Shown here piece after piece: positions 11,372-21,519 of a DNA stretch of 64,000 nucleotides. The stretch lies in IMG/VR virus record IMGVR_UViG_3300035208_007487. One strand, 5' to 3'. The number at the start of each line of letters is the position of its first letter. Position 1 is the stretch's first letter. The position numbers were made by a program, and so were the translations under genes. The notes under the pieces are model-generated. The model was not told the DNA's origin, searched no databases, and saw only the letters and a list, made by a program, of their open reading frames with translations. The stretch comes from a virus (taxonomy: Duplodnaviria; Caudoviricetes).

Positions 11372-11572
11372 TTAAGAGCCAACTAATCCATATTTTTGTA
11401 ATTGCTCTTGACGTTCTTGTTCTCTAGTTTCTTCTAACTGTTTTATTAGAATATTAAATTCATGAAAAAACATATTATCAAAATCTATAATAGAAGTATT
11501 ATATTCTTTAGCTAATATTCCTTTAATCTTCGTAAGATAAGTCAGGTCCAATTTTGGGAAGAAAGTAGCCAT
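11372..11572 (-). CDS. gp51-like baseplate hub/tail assembly protein
   Basis: YNTSIIDFDNMFFHEFNILIKQL resembles gp51-type motif; follows gp26-like gene. Confidence 0.6.
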   Translation of the reverse strand: MATFFPKLDLTYLTKIKGILAKEYNTSIIDFDNMFFHEFNILIKQLEETREQERQEQLQKYGLVGS

Positions 11573-12398
11573 CTTGAAAGGGAATGGGTACGATAGATGT
11601 AAAACCGCACTCCTCCTTTTCGCATGTTAAGAAAGCACTCTTATTAAATCCAAAATTCATTTTAATGAAAAAATTATTTATTACTGCAAAATCAGTTGGA
11701 TCTAGATTTTCAAGCATTTCAATTCCATCAGTAATACCCATACCATGTAATACTGAAGCTATTTCTAATAATTTAGCATCATCTATTTTCAATTTTCTTA
11801 AGGCTAAGTTTTCATTAACAAAATTTTCAATTCTAACTTTATCCTTTCTTCTCATAAATCTTAATGCAATCTCATTTCCTGATATTGGTAGTTTACATGA
11901 CATTGGATCAGTTACACTAGCTGGAAGATAATATACCATTAATTTATCTAAAGGAACCAAAGCATCTTCATTCAAATGCCCACATTTACTACAAATAAAA
12001 CTCTTTCTTAGAGGAGTTTTAGTAAATGTTTGTTCTCTTAGCCAAGCTAATATATATAATTCATCTCCTATTAGAATATCTCCAGGTGATACTCCCTTAA
12101 TACGTCTTTTAAATATATCATCAATAACTTCACTATCATTTGAATTTTCCATAGCTTCTAATACTATAGAATCTCTTACTTTTAACGGTTGCCCTTTTAA
12201 TTTACAAGGAATACCTACTTGATTTTTATAATATCTTCCACCTGAAGGTAATCCTCCTATTTCAATATATGGATCTTTTTCTACTTCTTGAACACTTAAA
12301 ATTTCACTAGAAAATTCACTACCTTTAACTATTGCATCAATTTGAGCATCACTTAATCCAGCCGCTTTTAATTGAATAACTCTATTTTGAACATCCAT
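11523..12398 (-). CDS. gp26-like baseplate hub assembly chaperone
   Basis: LPSGGRYY, GDELYILAWLR, two Cys pairs (CSKC, CEKEEC). Confidence 0.75.
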   Translation of the reverse strand: MDVQNRVIQLKAAGLSDAQIDAIVKGSEFSSEILSVQEVEKDPYIEIGGLPSGGRYYKNQVGIPCKLKGQPLKVRDSIVLEAMENSNDSEVIDDIFKRRIKGVSPGDILIGDELYILAWLREQTFTKTPLRKSFICSKCGHLNEDALVPLDKLMVYYLPASVTDPMSCKLPISGNEIALRFMRRKDKVRIENFVNENLALRKLKIDDAKLLEIASVLHGMGITDGIEMLENLDPTDFAVINNFFIKMNFGFNKSAFLTCEKEECGFTSIVPIPFQDGYFLPKIGPDLSYED

Positions 12399-12419
12399 AT
12401 TATATATTTATTGATATTT

Positions 12420-13403
12420 TTAATGTCTTAATACGTAGTTAGTTATACCAGTAGTATTTTTAATACCATTTGTAGCAGTGTTACTTACTACATCGCTTGC
12501 TGATTGAGTTAAGTTAAATCCAACTAAAGGAGCTTTAATATCGCTATTTTTAATTGTAGGATTATATGAACTAATTGCTCCAGTTATTCCAGTATTTACG
12601 CTTTTAGCCACATTATTTCCTACAGTATTAGCAATTGGTAATGAACTATTAACTCGTTCATAACTATCTAATGAAGTTTTTCCTGCATTAACAGAAATAG
12701 TAGTTTCAGTTGCCGTACCTAATGAACTACTTGGATTTTTTAAAGAAACACTTCCTTTAGTGTCCCCTACTAAATCTTTATATGATTCAGCCATTGAAGA
12801 TATTTCAAAAGTAATAATATACATCATAGGATTTATTTCATCATATGCATAAACTGGATCACTAATATTAGTTAATAAGCATCTATCAAACTTTATTACA
12901 TTATCTGCAAAAATATTTCTATTAGTATTTCCATTATCAGCAGCAATAGCATCATGTCTTTGTGTTTTAGTAGTTATTTCTATTGAATAATTTTGACCAA
13001 TTAGATTATTCCCACTAGATTCATATTGCCCATTAAATATTTCAGATTGGCATCTAATTAAGCTTCTATAAATGGCTAAATCACTTTTTTCTCTTACTGT
13101 TAATGTAAGCAATCCACTGGTTTCTATTTCTAAAATATAATTAGGACGTAATAATGAATTTTGGCTCATGTAAATATCATTAGCTTGTTTAAATTTAATT
13201 TGAGGTAATGTAATATTTTCAACAACCCAAGGCTCTTTATTAATTAAATATAACGGGTTAGTTCCAGTAGTATTATTTCCATTATATTGCTGAGTATCAG
13301 ATAATCCACGTTTTCTAATAAAAACATCAAATTGATTCGGAATATATGCTGATGCAATATTGAAATAGGTATTTATTTTTTTAATATCATTTGCGACTAT
13401 CAT
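12420..13403 (-). CDS. tail tube-fold protein (gp54-like)
   Basis: VENITLPQI, LTLTVRE, ISDPVYAYD tube-fold pattern; ATG 13403 overlaps upstream stop (ATGA). Confidence 0.45.
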   Translation of the reverse strand: MIVANDIKKINTYFNIASAYIPNQFDVFIRKRGLSDTQQYNGNNTTGTNPLYLINKEPWVVENITLPQIKFKQANDIYMSQNSLLRPNYILEIETSGLLTLTVREKSDLAIYRSLIRCQSEIFNGQYESSGNNLIGQNYSIEITTKTQRHDAIAADNGNTNRNIFADNVIKFDRCLLTNISDPVYAYDEINPMMYIITFEISSMAESYKDLVGDTKGSVSLKNPSSSLGTATETTISVNAGKTSLDSYERVNSSLPIANTVGNNVAKSVNTGITGAISSYNPTIKNSDIKAPLVGFNLTQSASDVVSNTATNGIKNTTGITNYVLRH

Positions 13404-14155
13404 ACTGAAGTTGCTCCTGTACGGCCCCAAGTACTTCCAGATTCAGTTGTATAACTATTAGTGCTAGTTGTAGGATCTGGACTAGGTATTGCATAAACAA
13501 ATCTGCTGAATTTAAATTCAACAGTAAATTCATATAAATTAGAAGTGCTTTGTTCTAATTTAGGTTGACTAATTTTTACTGGATATATATTTACATATCT
13601 AACTCTCATAATTACTGCGCCTGTTGTATAATCATATACATCAGCATATACTGTATTATTGTTAACAAAAAAGTTTCCGTATACTTCATCATCTTTATTT
13701 TTATAAATTGGAGTGCCATAACCTAATATTGCATTATAATTACTACTATCAAAAATAGCAGAATCATTTCCAATTGAAGCTATACAATAAGAATAGTTAT
13801 ATATACAAAATTGCATCCATCTTAATATATTTTTATGACATATTAGATCACTAGTTTCTAACATGGTTACTACTAAAGTATCATCTTGTTTAATAGTAGT
13901 TGGAACTGATTTTTTACAACCTCCCATGTATGAAATAGTTGTACTATTCATTTCAATAGTTGGAGGCTGATAATCTTTAGTTACTAATGATAGTTTATCA
14001 CCTGTAAAAACATTATAATTTAATCCAATAATATTTTCGTAATTTATTAACTCATTAAAATTAAAATTAAGGCTCCAATGCGAAGTTCTAATTGGTCCAT
14101 TTAATTTTTCTAGTTGTGTTACAAAGTATCCACTACTTTTACTTAATGCAGTCAT
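13400..14155 (-). CDS. tail tube protein paralog
   Basis: Aligns by eye with 14207..14887 (GYF.TQ.E...PIRT.HW.L.F; YDYT.G.VI.RV.Y.NI.P). Confidence 0.65.
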   Translation of the reverse strand: MTALSKSSGYFVTQLEKLNGPIRTSHWSLNFNFNELINYENIIGLNYNVFTGDKLSLVTKDYQPPTIEMNSTTISYMGGCKKSVPTTIKQDDTLVVTMLETSDLICHKNILRWMQFCIYNYSYCIASIGNDSAIFDSSNYNAILGYGTPIYKNKDDEVYGNFFVNNNTVYADVYDYTTGAVIMRVRYVNIYPVKISQPKLEQSTSNLYEFTVEFKFSRFVYAIPSPDPTTSTNSYTTESGSTWGRTGATSV

Positions 14156-14179
14156 TATTTAATATTTATAATATAAAAT

Positions 14180-14203
14180 AAAAAGCCTCAAATGAGGCTT
14201 TTT
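14180..14203. terminator. intrinsic terminator
   Basis: AAAAAGCCTC-AAAT-GAGGCTTTT hairpin after tube gene. Confidence 0.7.
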
Positions 14204-14206
14204 AAA

Positions 14207-14887
14207 TTAGGTTATTGAACCCGTTCCACCTTTTGGAAGAACTATTCTGAATCTATCATGTTTGAACAATGCAGTATATCTTCCTAAATTAGCCTCTTCG
14301 TGCGATAAATTAAGTTCACCTATTGAAGCCGGGAATATATTAATGTATTCTACCCTTAGTATAACTTCTCCCAAGGTGTAATCATATAATTCTAAATAAA
14401 CCCATCCACTATTTCTAACAACTGATTTCCCGCTATCAAAAGTTGAAGTATATTTAGCCGAACCTAAGTTAATACCCCTTTCACTATTTGGATCAATTAC
14501 TGATGTTCCTAATGAACCATTTTGATATAAATCAGTATTATGAGCTAATTGATTCCATTTGCCTAAAAATCTAAAACCTCTTACATCGGCAGGCTCAAGA
14601 ATGTCAAAGCTAGATTCTTTTTCATATTCAGTATTAGTGGTAAATAATACGGATTGTCCCATAAACCATGCTTCAGCAGTATTAATTAATAATTTTGGTA
14701 TCTTAGCTGTTTTAATCATTACGCATATTTCATCGTCAGATTTTACATCTGGGCATATGTCGGTTCCTAATTGAGCTTTAATTAGTGGTACATTAAAACG
14801 TAGTCTCCAGTGAGTCGTTCTAATAGGATCTCTAACATTTTCAATTTGGGTTATGAAATATCCAGTTCTTTTATCTAGTGTGCTCAT
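14207..14887 (-). CDS. major tail tube protein (gp19-like)
   Basis: Directly after sheath; gp19-like pattern (KTAKIP, NIFPASIGELNLS); AAGGA SD. Confidence 0.75.
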   Translation of the reverse strand: MSTLDKRTGYFITQIENVRDPIRTTHWRLRFNVPLIKAQLGTDICPDVKSDDEICVMIKTAKIPKLLINTAEAWFMGQSVLFTTNTEYEKESSFDILEPADVRGFRFLGKWNQLAHNTDLYQNGSLGTSVIDPNSERGINLGSAKYTSTFDSGKSVVRNSGWVYLELYDYTLGEVILRVEYINIFPASIGELNLSHEEANLGRYTALFKHDRFRIVLPKGGTGSIT

Positions 14888-14982
14888 ATCAGTTGTCCTT
14901 ATCTCTATATTTATCTAATTCACTATAAAAACAAAAAATCCACTAATTGCTTAGTGGATTTGTCATTACATTTAATCTTTTA

Positions 14983-17079
14983 TTAGATTAATCCAGCTTC
15001 AATTAATCCATTAGTCTTGTATACTGTATTTCTAACAGTGATTCTTTCAGCACCCTTAGTAATCTCCATTCCAATATCTACGATTAATTGATTATTATCA
15101 ATAACTGTAGAAGTATTATTACTATCGTTACAGGTAACGACATAATTATATAATCCATCGTGTGTTTTAATAAAAGCTAATACAGTGGTTACTTCTTCTG
15201 TAATAGTTTTTCTTAAATCAGATGTATTTAACTCATATACATAAGGAGTTAATTTAGTTCTAAGAACTCCATATAAGTAAGCTAATAATGATACTGCATG
15301 TAATCTATTTAATGAAGTGTTTTTTATTTGAAGGGTTGCTTCTCCCCAAATAAATTGACCATTTAGACTTCTAGTAGTATTAATTCTTTCTTTACTTAAT
15401 GCTCCCACTTCATCTGGGTAATATCTAAGATATACATTTCCACTTGAAGGGTATCCAATTGAACCTCTATTAGTTCCTGCAACAATACTCCAAGGATATA
15501 AATTAGTCCATACATTAGTTATATTGCAAGCTACAAAAGAAGTCATAGCAACTTCAACATCTTTTTTATTGTATCTGTCATACATAACTTGACGGCCATC
15601 ATACATTGCACCCCAATAAGATTCATATGAAGCATTAGAGCCACCTGATTCATATCCCACTCCAGTTACATTTTGATTACATAAATCTATTAATTTATCT
15701 ACACTCTTTCTCTTAGGTAGATCAAATATAGCGATACAATCTTTTCTAATTGTGCAAACTTGAAGCATTGACACTATTACATTTGAATTAACTTGTTCAA
15801 CTAATTCAATTTTATCACCGAAGCCTGAAACGGTTGTTCCAGATGCACATAAAAGATTTACTTTTACATTTGAAATATCTTTGAATAACCCCCAACCATA
15901 ATCATAATTTGGTACAGTTAATGGAGCTACCGTAGTTCCACCTTTTAATAATATTTTATTTTGAGTAGTTGTATATTTGGTTACTGAGCTAGAAGTAGTA
16001 GCAGCTTTAGCCATAGTATAAGATTCTCTTCCAATCCAAGTTCCACGGAAATCTTCATTCATTTGGCCTAATACTAATGAATCACTGCTAGTAGCTTCAT
16101 CTAATTTTAATTGTAATCCAGTATTGGTTACATAATTAATACGAGCGAATGGAATAGTTTGTACTGGAGTAGTAGAAGTTTTGCTAGAATAAATTCTTAA
16201 CAATCCGATTACTTGAATTAATTTAGTCAAATCATCATTAATATCCCACACTAATAAATCAGAATCCCATCTTTTAAATACACCTTTAACAGTGATCTCT
16301 ACATCATTATCATCTAAAAAGGTATAGTCTTCATTTGGGAAGAATCTATCCTTAGAAGTATCATAATATCCTTCACCTGTGATATATTCAGATAATTCTA
16401 CATCATCATCAATTGAGCGAGAAGTTAAAGTATCAATATTTGATTCTCTTACTCCTGAAACAAACCCATTAGGATTTTCATCAGTTGAATTAAAATATGA
16501 ATAAGTTTGGATAGTTACATAATATCCACTTAATCCTGGATATTTAGTTGCTAAAGTAAATGGGCTATTTGAATCTGAATATTCAGTAATTACTACATTT
16601 TTTTCTAAATCATCTACTACTTTTGATATGCTATTAGAAATAGCACTATATATTGAAGCATCTCCGGGATCATATACTCCAGTGTAAGTATTAGTACCAG
16701 AAAATCCGCCACTAAATCCACCATCCAAAACAGTATCATAATCAAGAATACTAGAATTAAGATCTGGGAACATTATGGCAACTGCATCTAAATGTTCATC
16801 TGCTTCAACTTCTCTTACTATTTTTAATATTGCACCTGAATCCAATAGCATTTTAGCTGCATATAGTAATTGGTTATTTTTTGCAGTTTTAGTTGGAGTT
16901 CCAAATATTGAATATAAGTTAGTTGTATCACTTATTGATACAATTTGATTAGATGGACCTTGTGATGTCCAGCCCACTAATCCAACTTTAAAACTATTAT
17001 CATCACCTGTGCTATATGCACTAAGATCTTTAGTTATGAATTCTACGCCCGCTGCGCCTTTTAATTGGTCTATTGCCAT
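14983..17079 (-). CDS. tail sheath protein (gp18-like)
   Basis: GVEFITKDLS N-terminus, PWSIVAGTNRG, YVVTCNDSNNTSTVIDNNQLIVDI C-terminal sheath motifs. Confidence 0.92.
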   Translation of the reverse strand: MAIDQLKGAAGVEFITKDLSAYSTGDDNSFKVGLVGWTSQGPSNQIVSISDTTNLYSIFGTPTKTAKNNQLLYAAKMLLDSGAILKIVREVEADEHLDAVAIMFPDLNSSILDYDTVLDGGFSGGFSGTNTYTGVYDPGDASIYSAISNSISKVVDDLEKNVVITEYSDSNSPFTLATKYPGLSGYYVTIQTYSYFNSTDENPNGFVSGVRESNIDTLTSRSIDDDVELSEYITGEGYYDTSKDRFFPNEDYTFLDDNDVEITVKGVFKRWDSDLLVWDINDDLTKLIQVIGLLRIYSSKTSTTPVQTIPFARINYVTNTGLQLKLDEATSSDSLVLGQMNEDFRGTWIGRESYTMAKAATTSSSVTKYTTTQNKILLKGGTTVAPLTVPNYDYGWGLFKDISNVKVNLLCASGTTVSGFGDKIELVEQVNSNVIVSMLQVCTIRKDCIAIFDLPKRKSVDKLIDLCNQNVTGVGYESGGSNASYESYWGAMYDGRQVMYDRYNKKDVEVAMTSFVACNITNVWTNLYPWSIVAGTNRGSIGYPSSGNVYLRYYPDEVGALSKERINTTRSLNGQFIWGEATLQIKNTSLNRLHAVSLLAYLYGVLRTKLTPYVYELNTSDLRKTITEEVTTVLAFIKTHDGLYNYVVTCNDSNNTSTVIDNNQLIVDIGMEITKGAERITVRNTVYKTNGLIEAGLI

Positions 17080-17158
17080 GATTATTCTCCGTTAGATAAT
17101 ATTTAGCTAAAAATACTAAATAAAGTGCCTTTTTGATATTTTCATAAATAATTATAAT

Positions 17159-18085
17159 ATGGATGATAAAGAATGGGCTTTTTATACTCCTAGTATGCCC
17201 CAAGAACAATTAGCAGATATTAATAATAATGTAAAAGACCATTTTAGTCCTGCATTTAATACTCATAATAAATTTGCTGATCAATCTCTTTATAATAATT
17301 TAAGCGCTCAATATTTTGAACAAAATGGAGTTCAATGCATATACTATGTTTCAACGATCTCAACAACTAAAAAGGCTCCATTCGTAGGTAATCAAACCCA
17401 AGGAATTTATAGAAGTTTTCATACAAAGATTGTAGGGGATTCTATAATACAACCTGAGTTAATTAAATTTGCTAAATTTGGTGCAAGTGGATTAGACCAA
17501 ACATCCTTAGTATTACATAGAGAAGTATTTTTTAAGCATAATGCAAGAAATCTAAGAGAAAGAGGTATTAAACCTGATTTAGATCCAAATAAGCATAACC
17601 CTTGGATATCTCAAAGAGGCTATGCTGATTTTAATTATGAAGGATATAGTGCTGCACAAATTTTTCCAAAAGCGGGGGATTTAATAAAACCTGAATGGAT
17701 TGAAACTCTATATGTGATTGACAGTGTTAATACTAAATTAAGCGATCAATCTTTTATGCAAAGAAGTTATTATTTTAAAATTGCTATTAGAGAATATCAT
17801 GATGATCATAGAAATATTGATCCTAGCTTGGCAACTGAATCAACTAATACGGGTAATTATGTTGAAGAAAAATTTGATCAACCCGCTACATTAGATGTTG
17901 GGCCTTTGGTCGATAATGGGCCTATTGATAAGATCAATAACCCTGATTATGGAGATACTGATAAATTCTGGAAAGATATTGATACTAAAGATGATGTTCT
18001 TTATCGCCCACCTGAAGTACCAGATAGCGAAAAAAATATTTCAAATAGTAAGAAATATGGACAAACTCGTTTTGGTAAATGGTGA
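17159..18085 (+). CDS. neck/head-closure protein (gp14-like)
   Basis: GVQCIYY, FAKFG..DQ, PKAGDLI motifs. Confidence 0.65.
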   Translation: MDDKEWAFYTPSMPQEQLADINNNVKDHFSPAFNTHNKFADQSLYNNLSAQYFEQNGVQCIYYVSTISTTKKAPFVGNQTQGIYRSFHTKIVGDSIIQPELIKFAKFGASGLDQTSLVLHREVFFKHNARNLRERGIKPDLDPNKHNPWISQRGYADFNYEGYSAAQIFPKAGDLIKPEWIETLYVIDSVNTKLSDQSFMQRSYYFKIAIREYHDDHRNIDPSLATESTNTGNYVEEKFDQPATLDVGPLVDNGPIDKINNPDYGDTDKFWKDIDTKDDVLYRPPEVPDSEKNISNSKKYGQTRFGKW

Positions 18086-18115
18086 TTATCTAAATATAAG
18101 TAAAGGGAAAATAAC

Positions 18116-18334
18116 ATGTTTACTACTTCAGAAGATTACAAAGCTATGATTGATTGCTCATATAAGATAGGCAACTCAACCGTTAATGAAAAAAGAACTA
18201 ATTTAAGTGAAAGTTCTGAAAAGAAACCAAATAATATATTTGAATCAATTGGTGATTCAGAAAAACCTAAAGAGCCTATAAAAATAAAATATATTGATGC
18301 AGTAAAGGCTAAGTATTCATTAGGAAAAAACTAA
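18116..18334 (+). CDS. hypothetical protein
   Basis: ORF downstream of a TAAATA motif. Confidence 0.5.
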   Translation: MFTTSEDYKAMIDCSYKIGNSTVNEKRTNLSESSEKKPNNIFESIGDSEKPKEPIKIKYIDAVKAKYSLGKN

Positions 18335-19665
18335 TGTTTAATAGATTAACTTTAACCGAAGCGTTAACCGTATTCGATAATGGGCATACTGTTGATTATG
18401 AGTTTGATACTAAAGAGTATATAAAATGCCTCATATATGCTATGAAAATTGGAACTAAGGCTTCGTATGAAGGTTCTAAGGGACAGCATGTTGGGCAAAA
18501 TGTTTCACCTTCTGCCTTAACTACAATCGTTAATCAATTAATGCTATTTAATCCTTATTCAATAAAAGGCGGAGCTAATTATAGTAAATTAGTAAATAAA
18601 CAAAATAAAAACAATATTCAATTATTGCCTAAGTTCCCAAATTTAGCTAAATATAAACCTGATTCAGCTAAATTAAAATATATTGAAAACAACCCATTTT
18701 TTTCAAAATATTTAAATGATTCAATAATGAAAAAATATATTGAAGACTATTATATTAGTTTTGATGAAGAGGAACATGTATATTTGCCTACTACTAAAGC
18801 TGAATCTAATATGTATATTAGATTTGTTAATTTTCTTAAAAAAGTTAAATTAGATAAATTATCAGATGAATTAAATGATTGGATACGAATAGTATCGGCT
18901 CCATATATTTCAGGAGATGATAGATATACAATAGCGCAAGCCATTGATTTTTTTGAAACAAATAATAAATCATTGTTTAATGCATATAGAGCTAATGAAT
19001 CAGTAGGTGAAGAATATGGCCCACTTGGGGCTGAAAACTTTAATGAAATATTAATTGCAGATGATAAACTAAGCTTTGGCATTAATAAAATAGATAATTT
19101 AGTCCCAAGCAATTACAAAAATAATGTTAAAAATGATATATCACACAATAGTTCATTTGATTTAGGGAATGGGCTGATTTCTTTATTATATGTTGGGTAT
19201 TTTACTATTGATAGAGTTAATGATGTTAATGCTGTAACATCTAGTAAAGGTGAAACTTCTAAAGCTAATGTTTTTTTTAAAATAGAACCAGATGAAAATG
19301 GCAAATATACTCAATACCCTGGGTCAATTAGATTAGTTATAAGTATTTCACATGGTAGTGAATTTAATGCTACTCCTAATCAAGTATTTGAAATAATGCT
19401 AGGATCTAATGATTATAAAGAATTATTTAATTTAAATGCTCATAGTAACAATGTATTAAGTGGGAAAACTTTTGGGCCTTCGGATAGTCATATATTTGGA
19501 TTTCAATTTCCAATTGATTTAATTAAAAGAATGTCGCCCGCTGGGAATCTAGTAATTGAACCTAAGAATTTTAATATTACTGCTAAGAAAACAGCTAAAC
19601 CAGTAGAAGAACCTATAAAAAAGCCAAATGCTTTTGAAGGTTTATTTGATTGGATAAAGGAATAG
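18334..19665 (+). CDS. hypothetical protein
   Basis: 443-aa ORF, translationally coupled to upstream gene. Confidence 0.6.
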   Translation: MFNRLTLTEALTVFDNGHTVDYEFDTKEYIKCLIYAMKIGTKASYEGSKGQHVGQNVSPSALTTIVNQLMLFNPYSIKGGANYSKLVNKQNKNNIQLLPKFPNLAKYKPDSAKLKYIENNPFFSKYLNDSIMKKYIEDYYISFDEEEHVYLPTTKAESNMYIRFVNFLKKVKLDKLSDELNDWIRIVSAPYISGDDRYTIAQAIDFFETNNKSLFNAYRANESVGEEYGPLGAENFNEILIADDKLSFGINKIDNLVPSNYKNNVKNDISHNSSFDLGNGLISLLYVGYFTIDRVNDVNAVTSSKGETSKANVFFKIEPDENGKYTQYPGSIRLVISISHGSEFNATPNQVFEIMLGSNDYKELFNLNAHSNNVLSGKTFGPSDSHIFGFQFPIDLIKRMSPAGNLVIEPKNFNITAKKTAKPVEEPIKKPNAFEGLFDWIKE

Positions 19666-19666
19666 C

Positions 19667-21154
19667 GTGGTACCTTATTATTATCCTAGAGTAATTGAAA
19701 GAATCAATACTGCATTAATTGATGTATTTAATGATGTTCAAATTAATAGATTCAATGAAGATGGAACAATTTCTAAAATAATTGATGTTCCTATTATACC
19801 TCATTATAGTAAAAATTTTGCAGAATATATTATTAATACTAATAGAGTAAAAGAATCTAGATATCAAACTCCTATAATGGGATTAAGAATAACTGGATTA
19901 AATAGAGATGCAGCTAGAATAACTCAGCAAAAATATATCAGAAAAATATATAATGAAGCCAATGGGCAATACTTAAGAGATCGTAGACCCTCCCCTTGGA
20001 AAATAGGATTTACTTTAAGTATCTATACCGAAAATCTAGAAGATTTTTCTCAACTTATTGAAAATATAATAACCTATTTTGATCCAACATTAACTTTATC
20101 AATAAAAGAATTTGAAAAAGTTAATATTGAAAGAGATATAATAGTTACCTTAAATGATCCTAATTTAGAAATGAATGATGAAGTTGATAGAGAAGATCAT
20201 CAAAGCTATTCAATTGATTTACCATTAACAGCTTCTTGTGTATTTTACCCGCCATTATCAACTGCTGCTGTAGTTAAATTTATTAGTACTAATGTTAATA
20301 CTATTGAAGCAGGAAATTCAAATAATTTGTTATCTACTGTTTCATTGGGGCATGGATGGAGTGGTAATGTAAATACCGGATTTGCGCATACTGTTGGAAA
20401 TAATACAGCATTAGGTCAATTGGTATCTTGCATTGTAGGAAATACTTATAGCATTTCAATATTGATTACTTCTTATACTTCTGGATCAATAATATGCTCA
20501 GTAGGAGGATTTACTTCTGATAATATTAGCAGTACTTATAATAAAACATTTATAGCTAGTGCAAATAATTCACTAAGAATACTTCCAAGTTTAGATTTTG
20601 ATGGAACTGTTATTGTTTCATTAAGTGAGGGCATTAGAAAAATAAATTCAGTATCTACTATTCAAAATAATGGAACAGATATGAGTATAGGAGAATATAA
20701 TACATTAATGCCTCGATTATTAACTGATGCCCCTCAAGCATATGCAACAGCCCAATCAGCTAAACAACAATCAGTAGATATTAGCAGTTTGGATGAGAGC
20801 GTAATAGTGAGCGATATAACTAGATTATATGAAGATTATGCTACAACAATTGTAAAATACGATAGCTCGGCTGTTATTCCCATCTATTTAGCTAAGAAAA
20901 ATGAAACCATCGTATATGTAGAATTAATAGTTGGAGATAGTTTCAATAGTCCAAATACTACAATATCAATTGGCAGTGATGCAAATCCAGAATTAATAAT
21001 GAAAGCATCTGAGAACAGCCCTTATTATTCCACCAAATATGCCATTTCGTTTGAATATATTTTACCAGCAGACACTCAAATAAACTTATATTATCATAGT
21101 TCTAATTCAACAAAAGGCGAGGCTCAATTGACATTAGCTTGGAAACAGGTTTAA
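19667..21154 (+). CDS. tail sheath stabilizer/terminator (gp15-like) with C-terminal extension
   Basis: YYYPRVI..FNDVQINR..IDVPI, PSPWKIGFTLSIYT, QLIENIITYFDP. Confidence 0.85.
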   Translation: MVPYYYPRVIERINTALIDVFNDVQINRFNEDGTISKIIDVPIIPHYSKNFAEYIINTNRVKESRYQTPIMGLRITGLNRDAARITQQKYIRKIYNEANGQYLRDRRPSPWKIGFTLSIYTENLEDFSQLIENIITYFDPTLTLSIKEFEKVNIERDIIVTLNDPNLEMNDEVDREDHQSYSIDLPLTASCVFYPPLSTAAVVKFISTNVNTIEAGNSNNLLSTVSLGHGWSGNVNTGFAHTVGNNTALGQLVSCIVGNTYSISILITSYTSGSIICSVGGFTSDNISSTYNKTFIASANNSLRILPSLDFDGTVIVSLSEGIRKINSVSTIQNNGTDMSIGEYNTLMPRLLTDAPQAYATAQSAKQQSVDISSLDESVIVSDITRLYEDYATTIVKYDSSAVIPIYLAKKNETIVYVELIVGDSFNSPNTTISIGSDANPELIMKASENSPYYSTKYAISFEYILPADTQINLYYHSSNSTKGEAQLTLAWKQV

Positions 21155-21184
21155 TCACCAATTATTTTTTGTTATATTTATTCA

Positions 21185-21517
21185 ATGGAAAATGAGAATA
21201 ACTTAAATCCAAAAAAATCTGAAGTATTTGTAATTGAAACCCCAGACGATTTTAGAAATCATTTTGCGACTTATTGCTTTTATCTTACTTATCTAAGTGA
21301 ATGTAGTATTGAAGATGTTAGAGATGTTGAAATTGCATCTACTGTAATATACACTAGGCTATTAACCTCATATTTAAGATTTAACAAGTTAGATATTAAT
21401 GAATTTAAAAAGCAATTGAATATTTCAGTAGTAGAATATATGTCAAGCCCTACTTATGAAGCTACATATAATACTTGGGTTGAAATGGATCATTTAATTA
21501 ATATAGACAAATTATAA
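21185..21517 (+). CDS. hypothetical protein
   Basis: 110-aa ORF. Confidence 0.5.
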   Translation: MENENNLNPKKSEVFVIETPDDFRNHFATYCFYLTYLSECSIEDVRDVEIASTVIYTRLLTSYLRFNKLDINEFKKQLNISVVEYMSSPTYEATYNTWVEMDHLINIDKL

Positions 21518-21519
21518 TA

